Of a stretch of DNA of 31,209 nucleotides, positions 9,691 through 17,277 are shown piece by piece. Each line of letters starts with the position of its first letter. The stretch's first letter is position 1. Both the position numbers and the translations under genes were made by a program. Origin of the DNA: Nitrospirota bacterium (GTDB lineage: Bacteria; Nitrospirota; Thermodesulfovibrionia; Thermodesulfovibrionales; JdFR-88); the NCBI GenBank assembly GCA_021790695.1, contig JAJYGJ010000034.1, positions 1-31,209 on the forward strand. The letters are read 5' to 3'. Below the pieces are notes generated by a model that saw only the letters and a program-made list of their open reading frames with translations, was not told the origin of the DNA and did no database searches.

Positions 9691-10980
9691 TTAGACACTA
9701 CCGGCTTTTTTTGTGGCCGGGACGGACCGGAGGCGTTCCATCACCTCCCTGAGCGGAAGCCCGGTCTTTCGGGCCGCCTTCAGGCAGTCTTCGTATTCAG
9801 GGACCTGCCTGCCCCGGGCGCCGGAAAAGGAGGTCTTGAACCTCACCGGGCCGAATTCCGTCTCGATGACCTCTGTTTCCCGGGGCAGGGTCTGCCTGCC
9901 TGCCCGGTGGAATCTGACACCCAGGGTTGTGGTCTCGGAAAATATGATTTCCTTCAGGCGGGGGGCGCGGCCTGGGACGCAAAGACAGGTGATCTTTATC
10001 GCGGGCCTGTTTTTTTTCATGATGACCGGGGTGAGAAAGACGTCCAGGGCGCCGGCCTTGAAGAGCCGTTCCATGAGATGGCCGTATATCTGGGGATTCA
10101 TGTCGTCGATATTGGTCTCGATGACCAGCACTGCGCCGTCATCTCCGGAATCCCCCGCGCCTTTTTCGCAGGGGGCCGTCTTTTCTCCTACAAAGGCCCG
10201 GAGCACGTTCGGGGAGTCCTTGAAATCCATCCTGCCCGCGCCCGAGCCGTAGCCGGCAAGCCTCATGCAGGGCATGGGGGAAAACCCCTTTGCGAGGCCC
10301 TTTATCAGGGCGGCGCCGGTAGGGGTTGTAAGCTCAAAATGGGATCCACCAGGGGATTCATCAGATGGAGGGGGCTGCTGCCCGTAAACGGGGGCGCCCT
10401 GGAGCAGGAGGGCCGTGGCCGGGGCCGGAACGGGGAGCCTGCCGTGGCGGGTGTCCACCGTGCCGCCGCCCAGGTTTACGGGCGATGAATAGACTTCCTC
10501 CACCTTGAGGAGTTTCAGGCAGATGAGCGCTCCGAAGACATCGACAATCGTGTCCGCGCTGCCAAGTTCATGGAGGTGGACCTCCCCGGCCGATTTCATC
10601 CCATGGATTTTCGCCTCCGCATCGAAGAGGCTTTTTATGATGAGAAGCCCCGCTTCCCTGATGTCTTCGGGAAGGGCGCTTTCCTTCACCATCCCCCTTA
10701 TAGCGTCCCATGAAAAGGGCCGCGCGCTGGCGGGCTCTTTCACCTCGAATCTGGTTGCGGAAAGCCCCATGCGCCGGACTTCCCTTGCGCCGATGCGGAC
10801 ATTTTTGAGCGGCATTTTGCCCAAAAGCTCGCTTTCCAGGCGTTTAAAAGACACGCCGGCCGAAAGCCCCGCCCCGATGAACATGTCGCCGCTTATGCCG
10901 GAGGAGCAATCGAGCCACAGGATTTTCTTCCCGGAAGCGGGTTTTGATTTTTGCTCTTGTTTTTGTTTTTGTTTTTTCAA
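9691..10980 (-). CDS. larC: Nickel pincer cofactor biosynthesis protein LarC
   Basis: DCSSGISGDM, VHLHELGSADTIVD, LPVPAPAT, ELTTPTGAA, ETNIDDMNPQ, MKKNRPA, ETTTLGVR, PEYEDC. TTG start overlaps the birA stop. Confidence 0.93.
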   Translation of the reverse strand: MKKQKQKQEQKSKPASGKKILWLDCSSGISGDMFIGAGLSAGVSFKRLESELLGKMPLKNVRIGAREVRRMGLSATRFEVKEPASARPFSWDAIRGMVKESALPEDIREAGLLIIKSLFDAEAKIHGMKSAGEVHLHELGSADTIVDVFGALICLKLLKVEEVYSSPVNLGGGTVDTRHGRLPVPAPATALLLQGAPVYGQQPPPSDESPGGSHFELTTPTGAALIKGLAKGFSPMPCMRLAGYGSGAGRMDFKDSPNVLRAFVGEKTAPCEKGAGDSGDDGAVLVIETNIDDMNPQIYGHLMERLFKAGALDVFLTPVIMKKNRPAIKITCLCVPGRAPRLKEIIFSETTTLGVRFHRAGRQTLPRETEVIETEFGPVRFKTSFSGARGRQVPEYEDCLKAARKTGLPLREVMERLRSVPATKKAGSV

Positions 10981-12008
10981 GCGTCGCCGCTCCTTACGGA
11001 CTGCACCTCGCCCGTTGAAAACCGCAGCCGTCCGGCCCCGGTCGTGAGGACGAGCCTGCCGTCATCGTCTATGCCGGAGGCCGTCCCCGTAAAGGATTCC
11101 CCCTCGGTCTGCACCCTTATCCTTTTGCCTATTGTCACGCAGAGGCTGCGATAGCCCTTCAGGAGATGGGCCTCGGCCTTCGTCCCCTTCCTCAGCAGGC
11201 CGGTCCAGTAGTCGAGTTCCTTGCAGACGGCGGCCGCAAGGGCAGCCCTGTTTACCCGCCTGCCCGTCTCCGCGAGTATCGAGGTCGCCGCGGTCCCCAT
11301 ACCTTTGGGCAGGTCGGTTTTTTTCAGGTTGGCGTTTATGCCGATGCCGGCCACCGCCAGGAGCACCCTGTCCGGGTCGGAGCGGAATTCAAGGAGAATG
11401 CCGCCGATTTTTTTACACCTGCCGTCCGCCTTCGCGGGGGCAATCAGGTCGTTTGGCCATTTAAGGCGGACTTCGAGGCCGGTCTGCCCCTTTATGGCGA
11501 GGGCCGAGGCCAGTCCGGCTGCGAGGGCCAGAAGCGGCGTCCTCCTGGGAGGTATTTCCGGCCGGAGCACCGCGCTCATGTAGACGTTCACTCCCGGCGG
11601 GGAATGCCAGCGCCTCCCCAGTCTGCCCCTGCCCGCGGTCTGGCAATCGGCCAGCACCAGGGCCGACAGGCAGGGCAGAGGGGCCTCGGGAGCGGCCGGG
11701 GGCGGGACAGTCATTTCCCTGAAAGCCGTTTCAAGGGCCAGATCGTTTGTAGAGGACGCATTTTCCCTGAAGACGATTTTGACGCCGGGCAAGCGGCTTT
11801 GAAGCTCGAAGGCCGACAATTCCGGGCCGTCCATCAGCCGGTAGCCCGACTTAGATGCGAGGATCCGATAGCCGCCGGCCTGGAGGCGCCTGATTTTTTT
11901 CCAGACGGCGGACCTTGTTATGCCCAGGGCCGCGGAGAGCGCGGGGCCCGGGACCTCTTTTTGTCCCGGGCCGGAGTCCCTCAGGAGCTTTAAAACCCTT
12001 TCCGGCAA
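10977..12008 (-). CDS. birA: Bifunctional biotin ligase/repressor BirA
   Basis: N-terminal HTH (LSAALGITRSAVWKKIRRL), SSTND, QTAGRGRLGRRWHSP, LKWPNDL, KIGGILLE, GIDDDGRLVL. Confidence 0.93.
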   Translation of the reverse strand: MPERVLKLLRDSGPGQKEVPGPALSAALGITRSAVWKKIRRLQAGGYRILASKSGYRLMDGPELSAFELQSRLPGVKIVFRENASSTNDLALETAFREMTVPPPAAPEAPLPCLSALVLADCQTAGRGRLGRRWHSPPGVNVYMSAVLRPEIPPRRTPLLALAAGLASALAIKGQTGLEVRLKWPNDLIAPAKADGRCKKIGGILLEFRSDPDRVLLAVAGIGINANLKKTDLPKGMGTAATSILAETGRRVNRAALAAAVCKELDYWTGLLRKGTKAEAHLLKGYRSLCVTIGKRIRVQTEGESFTGTASGIDDDGRLVLTTGAGRLRFSTGEVQSVRSGDA

Positions 12009-12015
12009 AACAAGC

Positions 12016-12657
12016 TTATCCTTCCCGGTCCGGGATTACGACCTTTACTTTGCCTTCGAGAAGGGCCTTGAACCGCGCGGCGTCCTCCGCGGAGCCGACG
12101 ATCGATCCGTAGTGCATGGGTATGGCGATCTCCGGTTTAATGTCCAGGGCGGCCCTGGCCGCCTCTTCGGCCGTCATCACATAAGTGCCGGAGACGGGAA
12201 GGAGGGCGATGTCGGCCCTGAAATCTCTCATCTCCGGGATATGGTCCGTGTCTCCTGCGATGTAAATCCTTTTTCCCCCCAGGGTGAAGATATAGCCCAC
12301 CCACTGCCTTTCGCGAGGATGGAATTTCTTGTCGATATTATATGCGGGCACTGCCTGGACGTCGATCCCGGCGGCATTCACCCGGTCGCCCGGTTTCACC
12401 GGCACCGTCTTTATTTTTTTGTTTTTGTGAAATTTTTCAGCGCAGTCGGCCGGGCAGACGATGACGGTCAAGTCCTTGGCTATTTTCTCCGCGTCCTCCG
12501 GGCTGCAGTGGTCGAAGTGCTCATGGGTGACCAGTATGAGGTCGGCTGCGGGGCCGCCCGCCCCGATTTTGAAAGGGTCGGTGTAGACGACCTTGCCTCC
12601 GCCATGAATCCTGAAGGTGTCATGTCCAAGCCAGTGGATGTCCTTGATTATCTCCAT
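12016..12657 (-). CDS. MBL-fold metallo-hydrolase
   Basis: HWLGHD, THEHFDH (HxHxDH), YIAGDT, IPMHYG. Start is uncertain; the ORF extends to 12714, but TGaTATAAT at 12715-12723 suggests a downstream start. Confidence 0.88.
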   Translation of the reverse strand: MEIIKDIHWLGHDTFRIHGGGKVVYTDPFKIGAGGPAADLILVTHEHFDHCSPEDAEKIAKDLTVIVCPADCAEKFHKNKKIKTVPVKPGDRVNAAGIDVQAVPAYNIDKKFHPRERQWVGYIFTLGGKRIYIAGDTDHIPEMRDFRADIALLPVSGTYVMTAEEAARAALDIKPEIAIPMHYGSIVGSAEDAARFKALLEGKVKVVIPDREG

Positions 12658-12766
12658 ATCGGGTTGAGCCGGCAATCGGGCCGCGCAGCAACTCACCTCC
12701 CTTTTTTTCATCACATTATATCAAAAGCGGCGGATTTCAGATATGAACGGCGATGAGGCGGGGGTT

Positions 12767-12797
12767 AAGGGAAGGCCGGATATGCCGGCCTTCCCTT
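12767..12797. terminator. Strong stem-loop downstream of the octaheme gene
   Basis: aagggaaggccgg-atatg-ccggccttccctt, a 13-bp perfect stem. The U-tract is better on the plus strand. Confidence 0.55.
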
Positions 12798-12812
12798 TTC
12801 GGACGGTTTTTT

Positions 12813-14105
12813 TTAAATCCCCCCTGCGGATGCCTTCTGCCTTCTTAATTGCGCGGCCATGCTCTTGATGTCCGTGAGGTCGGTGGCCATCGCGCTCCAG
12901 CCGTACCAGAAGGCGTAGTCCGGGTTTGCATGGAAGGCCCCCTGGAAGGTGCGCATGCGGTGTTCGGAGAACATGACGAAGAGTTTTTGCTCAATGGGGG
13001 TCGGCGCGTTGTGGAAGGTGAGAAGGTCCGGATAGGCGTACGGATAATAGGAGGGTTTCTTCAGGACGCCGTCCTTGTAAAGCGCGGCAACGGTCCTTAT
13101 GGCCTCGGCCATGAGGTGGTCGGAGTCCTTTATGATTTTATCCCCCAGTGCAAGCTGCGATTTGGCGTAGGCGAGCGAGTGGCATCTGGTGCAGACCGTA
13201 AGCATCCTGTCTCTCTCGTGCTGCCAGGAGGGCGCAGTGAGCCTCACGAGATCAGCCGCCTTCACCGCAGCCAGCAGCGCGGTGGGCTTGCCCTGCGGAT
13301 CGAGCACGCCCAGGCCCTTGAGGATCGTCACCTGGTCGGCGGCCCATTGCTTGTCCCCGGGCGGGGGCAGCCGCAACCCCAGAAAGCCCCATGCGGTCCT
13401 TACCTCATGGTTTCCATTCGCCATGTGGCACTCCTGGCAGGTGGGCGCGGCGGCGTCTCTGGGCAGTATGCCCTCCCTCTTCAAGGCGTACCTAACGCCG
13501 TGCTTGGAGCCTTCATACATCTCCCACTGGGGGTGATCAAACCCCGTGTGGCATGTCCTGCAGGCCTGTGGAGACCTTGCCTCTTTCACTGAGAAGAGAT
13601 GCCGGGTGTGGCAGACGTCGCAGGAGGTGATCCCGAAGCCGGGCTGCGTCTTTTTGATTTCCATTATGTCTTGCTTGCTCTTCAAGCCGATCTGGTGGCA
13701 GCCGCCGCAGCCCTTCATCCCTTCGATCATCGCCATGGGCTGCCAGTGGATCGTCGGCATGGCCTTCATCGCCACCCAGGCGAGGGCGTGCTTGCCGCTC
13801 TTGAACTGGTCGAACTGCTTTGGATGGCAGGCCGCGCAGGTCTCGGGCGTGGGTATCTTTGCCTTCGCATAATCGGCGGCCGTTTTGTGCAGGCTTCCGT
13901 GGCAGGTCGGGCAGGCCACGCCGTTTTTGCTGTGTTTGCTCAGGCGCCAGTCGTGCACAATGCCTGGCGAGGTCTTCGAATGGCAGTCGATGCAGGCCTT
14001 TGACCCGGCCTGCGCCGCGGCGTTCTGTGCAACGAACAGACCAGACAGGAAGAGAAACGTTGAAAGGAAAGAAATACTTCGTCTCAAAAAAATACTTCGT
14101 CTCAT
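12813..14105 (-). CDS. Periplasmic octaheme c-type cytochrome, hydroxylamine oxidoreductase (HAO)-like family
   Basis: Signal peptide (..AQNAAA|Q); eight CxxCH (CIDCH, CPTCH, CAACH, CGGCH, CDVCH, CRTCH, CQECH, CTRCH); HAO-type spacing with SCDVCHTRHLFS...ACRTCHTGFDHPQWEMYEGSKHG and C-terminal HANPDYAFWYGW; AGGAGG RBS. Confidence 0.88.
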   Translation of the reverse strand: MRRSIFLRRSISFLSTFLFLSGLFVAQNAAAQAGSKACIDCHSKTSPGIVHDWRLSKHSKNGVACPTCHGSLHKTAADYAKAKIPTPETCAACHPKQFDQFKSGKHALAWVAMKAMPTIHWQPMAMIEGMKGCGGCHQIGLKSKQDIMEIKKTQPGFGITSCDVCHTRHLFSVKEARSPQACRTCHTGFDHPQWEMYEGSKHGVRYALKREGILPRDAAAPTCQECHMANGNHEVRTAWGFLGLRLPPPGDKQWAADQVTILKGLGVLDPQGKPTALLAAVKAADLVRLTAPSWQHERDRMLTVCTRCHSLAYAKSQLALGDKIIKDSDHLMAEAIRTVAALYKDGVLKKPSYYPYAYPDLLTFHNAPTPIEQKLFVMFSEHRMRTFQGAFHANPDYAFWYGWSAMATDLTDIKSMAAQLRRQKASAGGI

Positions 14106-14187
14106 GCGGCCCCTCCTTTTTTGCTTTTTGCTTTTTGACTGCGCGCGGGCGCCGCAAATCCGTGCGGGCCCCTCCTCTTATGGCCTG

Positions 14188-14230
14188 ATTTTATTGAAAC
14201 GGTCTTCGGGGCGGTATGATTTAAATCATA
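14188..14230 (-). promoter_or_regulatory. CRP/FNR-type class II promoter for the octaheme gene
   Basis: Perfect palindrome TATGAT-TTAA-ATCATA (14215-14230) centred 29.5 nt upstream of -10 TAAAAT (14188-14193, minus strand), i.e. about -41.5. Confidence 0.75.
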
Positions 14231-14314
14231 TCGCCCGGCATGCTCATAGCTATGATGTTAGCACTTCAATTTCAAATGTTAGGATTTTTAGCGGATTTTT
14301 AAACTTTTACTTTT

Positions 14315-15334
14315 TTATTTTTTAAAAACCCTCGTCAGCGAAATAAGTGCCCGGTAGCCGGCGGGCGGCGCGCCCGAGGCCCAATGGCCGGTGGCCATGG
14401 CCGCCGAAACGACCCCGAAAAAGACGGCGATTAGCAGGACGGCGTAGAGGAAGGCAGCCTTCCGCGAGAAAACGCGGTCTTTTCCCGCGTCGCCGGCCGG
14501 GAGTTTGCCGAACCCCACAGTCAGTGCGCCCGGCGCGGGACAACCGGCCACGCATGCGAGGCAGCCGTTGCACTCGGGTGTTCTTATGGCCTTCTTCTTA
14601 TCGATCGGGATTGAGGCCGGGCAGTTTTTCACGCATGCGCCGCAATGGATGCAGGCCCTCTCATCCCTCGTTATCCTTGCCGGGCTTAAAAGGCCCAAAA
14701 GCCCCAGAAGCGCCCCGTAGGGGCAGAAATACCTGCACCAGAAATTCCCGTAGAAGAGAGAGCCGATGACAAGCCCCGCCAGAACGACGGCCGCCGTGGC
14801 GCTCAGGTGCTCGAAAAACAGAAGCATCCTCGCGTCCGCGGTCGCCCAGTAAGGCCCGTTCAGAAATGCCGCCAGCGTCCAGGTGGACATCAGGAGGACC
14901 GTAAGGGCAAAAAAGGCGAGCAAGAGGTATTTTACGCTTCGCAGCCAATAATCCACGGACCTGTTCAGTTTGAAATGCCTGCCAAATATCTTCCCTCCCG
15001 TCTTCCAAAGCGCCTCCGACAGCGTCCCGACCGGACATATCCAGCCGCAAAAGCCCTTTTTGAAGAGGACCGAAACCAGCATCGCAGCGGACAGGATCAC
15101 TATCGCGGCCGGATGCACCCGGTCGAATATGCCCGTGGACAACCATAACTTTAACCCCATCAGCCCGCCGATGGGCAGAAAGCCGTCCACCGCCGCAGGC
15201 CCCGGGACCGCCGGGCCATTATTGAGGAAATGGCCCACAGACAAGTAGAGCCGCCAGCCCGCCCATAGACAAAGGAGCATTATGAACGTTTGAACGCCCC
15301 TCCTCAGTCTCGTCACCGCCGTGTTTGCCTGCAT
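14315..15334 (-). CDS. Membrane-bound 4Fe-4S polyferredoxin (NapH/MauN/YccM-like)
   Basis: Several TM helices, two CX3CP motifs (FCGWICPVG, WCRYFCPYG) and two CxxCxxCxxxCP motifs (CIHCGACVKNCP, CNGCLACVAGCP). Confidence 0.88.
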   Translation of the reverse strand: MQANTAVTRLRRGVQTFIMLLCLWAGWRLYLSVGHFLNNGPAVPGPAAVDGFLPIGGLMGLKLWLSTGIFDRVHPAAIVILSAAMLVSVLFKKGFCGWICPVGTLSEALWKTGGKIFGRHFKLNRSVDYWLRSVKYLLLAFFALTVLLMSTWTLAAFLNGPYWATADARMLLFFEHLSATAAVVLAGLVIGSLFYGNFWCRYFCPYGALLGLLGLLSPARITRDERACIHCGACVKNCPASIPIDKKKAIRTPECNGCLACVAGCPAPGALTVGFGKLPAGDAGKDRVFSRKAAFLYAVLLIAVFFGVVSAAMATGHWASGAPPAGYRALISLTRVFKK

Positions 15335-15339
15335 GCATT

Positions 15340-15382
15340 ATTTTAAACGTTCGCCCCGGGGGAAGTTATGATCCAAATCATC
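15340..15382 (-). promoter_or_regulatory. CRP/FNR-type class II promoter for the polyferredoxin gene
   Basis: TATGAT-CCAA-ATCATC (15367-15382) centred 29.5 nt from -10 TAAAAT (15340-15345, minus strand). Confidence 0.7.
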
Positions 15383-15421
15383 AATGGGCACGAAAAAGCG
15401 GCAATCCGTTTTCTCGATGTT

Positions 15422-15464
15422 TATGATATACATCATACCCATGCAGGCAATTCTCATGTAACAT
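15422..15464 (+). promoter_or_regulatory. CRP/FNR-type class II promoter for the reductase-like pair
   Basis: TATGAT-ATAC-ATCATA (15422-15437) centred 29.5 nt from -10 TAACAT (15459-15464); predicted +1 coincides with ATG 15471. Confidence 0.72.
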
Positions 15465-15470
15465 GACAAT

Positions 15471-16319
15471 ATGGATGCAAACGATGTCACTGCCGGGCGG
15501 GCAAGAGGGAGAGTCGCCCTGCGGGTCGGCTCAACGGGGCCCTATTCCTCCGAATTGACCGCGGGCCAGATAGGCGCAATCGCCGATATCGCGGAGCGGT
15601 ATGGTTCGGGCGCCGTGCACGTGACGCCGCGGCAGACAATGGAAATCCCGCATATCGATATCGCGGCGCTGCCGGATGTCACAACGCTCCTTGCGGGCCA
15701 TGGTCTTCATATCGGGTACGCCGGGCGGCGTCCGCGAAACGTGACCGCCTGTTCGCACTGGTGCCTGTATAACGTGGCGCCCATGAGGGACGCCGCCCTG
15801 CAATTGAATTGCCTTCTGAATGAAAATGAAAATGAAAAAATGCCGCTGCCCGGGAAAACCAATATCTCGCTTTCGGGCTGCGGCTTTTCCTGCGTCCGCT
15901 CCCGGACGTCGGATGTCGGCGTGATAGCGCGGTCCGAAATCGTGATCACGGACAAGAAATGCAAAAAGTGCTCCCTTTGCGTCAAGGAGCCGCTTGGATG
16001 CCAGGTGGACGCGATCACGCTGGCCGAAGGAGCAGTGGTGATAGACCGGCAAAAGTGCGTCCGGTGCGGCTTTTGTTCCGGTGTCTGCCGCCCCGGCTCG
16101 ATAATGATGAAATCGAAGAGCTTTGATGTATTTATAGGCGGAAACGGCGGGCTGAAACCGCGCGAGGCGTTTTTATATCGGACGGTTCCCTCCTTGCGTG
16201 AGGCGATGGAATTGATCGGCTCGCTCCTGGAGGGCTACCGGGCCCACGCGCGGGAAGGCGAGCGCATCGGCGATCTGATCGAAAGGGCCGGGATGGAGTG
16301 GCCGGGGCAAAAAACCTGA
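15471..16319 (+). CDS. Sulfite/nitrite reductase-like protein (NIR_SIR-ferr + NIR_SIR + inserted 2[4Fe-4S] ferredoxin; AsrC/Dsr-LP type), subunit 1
   Basis: LTAGQIGAIADIAERYGSGAVHVTPRQ, RNVTACSHWC, SLSGCGFSC, ferredoxin CKKCSLC...C and CVRCGFCSGVC, FIGGNGG, GERIGDLIER. Confidence 0.85.
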   Translation: MDANDVTAGRARGRVALRVGSTGPYSSELTAGQIGAIADIAERYGSGAVHVTPRQTMEIPHIDIAALPDVTTLLAGHGLHIGYAGRRPRNVTACSHWCLYNVAPMRDAALQLNCLLNENENEKMPLPGKTNISLSGCGFSCVRSRTSDVGVIARSEIVITDKKCKKCSLCVKEPLGCQVDAITLAEGAVVIDRQKCVRCGFCSGVCRPGSIMMKSKSFDVFIGGNGGLKPREAFLYRTVPSLREAMELIGSLLEGYRAHAREGERIGDLIERAGMEWPGQKT

Positions 16320-16320
16320 T

Positions 16321-17214
16321 ATGGAAGAGTCCCGCGAGAAATTCACCCTTGAGACGCCGCAGGTCGGGATCATCAGGGGCGTTGCCGCCAGGGACATCGA
16401 GGTCGTGGGGGGCAAGTCCGTCAACCTGAGGGCATCCGCGCGGCCGTACAGGAATGTTTATACCGCGGCCCAGCTTCGGGCCATAAAGTCCGTTGTCGAA
16501 AAATACGGCTCCGGCAAGGTCCACCTGACCCCAAGGCACAATCTTGAGATCCCCGAGGTCGGCCAAAAGAATATAGACAGGGCGCTCAAAGAGCTGTACG
16601 GCGCCGGGCTTTTCCCCGGCGGGGCCGGCTCGTCCGTCAGAAATATTTTTACCTGTCCGGACTGGTGCTCGAAGGCCGTCAGGCCGGTCCAGGAAATAGG
16701 CACCATGGTAAGCAGGAACTTTGGCGACATGGACATGCCCAATAAGGTGACGATATCCTTTGCCGGGTGCTCAAACGCGTGCTCGAGGCCGCAAAACTCG
16801 GATATCGGCATCATCGCCGTGGGAAAAGTGGCGGCCAGCGAGGAGGGATGTCCTGAAGACTGCGCTTCCTGCCTGAGCGTGTGCAGGTTCGGGGCCATTC
16901 GGAAGCTCGACGGGCGCATTATGCTGAATGAAAAATGCGTGGACTGCTGCAAATGCGCCCAGGCTTGCGCACATGGCGGGCTCGGCATTGCCGGGACCGG
17001 CTTCAGGGTCCTTATCGGCGGCAAAGAGGGGACTTCCGTCCGGTTCGGGGTCAAATACGCGGATTTCGTGGAGGATGATTTCGAGATTCTGGAAATAGTG
17101 GACAGGGTGCTGAACTGCTATAGGGAAAAGGCGCGCCTGCGGGACGGAAGCACCCGGAAAAAGGAACGCCTCGCGGAGGTAATGGGCAGGTTGGGCATCG
17201 CGGCCTTCATGTAA
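16321..17214 (+). CDS. Sulfite/nitrite reductase-like protein (same architecture), subunit 2
   Basis: YTAAQLRAIKSVVEKYGSGKVHLTPRHN, RNIFTCPDWC, SFAGCSNAC, ferredoxin CPEDCASCLSVC and CVDCCKCAQAC, LIGGKEG, KERLAEVMGRLG. Starts 1 nt after the previous stop. Confidence 0.85.
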   Translation: MEESREKFTLETPQVGIIRGVAARDIEVVGGKSVNLRASARPYRNVYTAAQLRAIKSVVEKYGSGKVHLTPRHNLEIPEVGQKNIDRALKELYGAGLFPGGAGSSVRNIFTCPDWCSKAVRPVQEIGTMVSRNFGDMDMPNKVTISFAGCSNACSRPQNSDIGIIAVGKVAASEEGCPEDCASCLSVCRFGAIRKLDGRIMLNEKCVDCCKCAQACAHGGLGIAGTGFRVLIGGKEGTSVRFGVKYADFVEDDFEILEIVDRVLNCYREKARLRDGSTRKKERLAEVMGRLGIAAFM

Positions 17215-17245
17215 TGGGCTTTTTTTAAAACCCGCAAATTGGAAA

Positions 17246-17277
17246 TTTTTTGCCCGCGGCTCAAGCCGCGGGCTTTT
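17246..17277. terminator. Stem-loop terminator between convergent genes
   Basis: gcccgcggc-tcaa-gccgcgggc-tttt (stem 17252-17273). Confidence 0.75.

Noticed and set aside
15471-17214. Calling the pair dsrAB or asrC
   Set aside because: They are shorter than DsrA/DsrB, lack the CX5C motif, and have no dsrC/dsrMK or asrAB context. The gene symbol was left empty.
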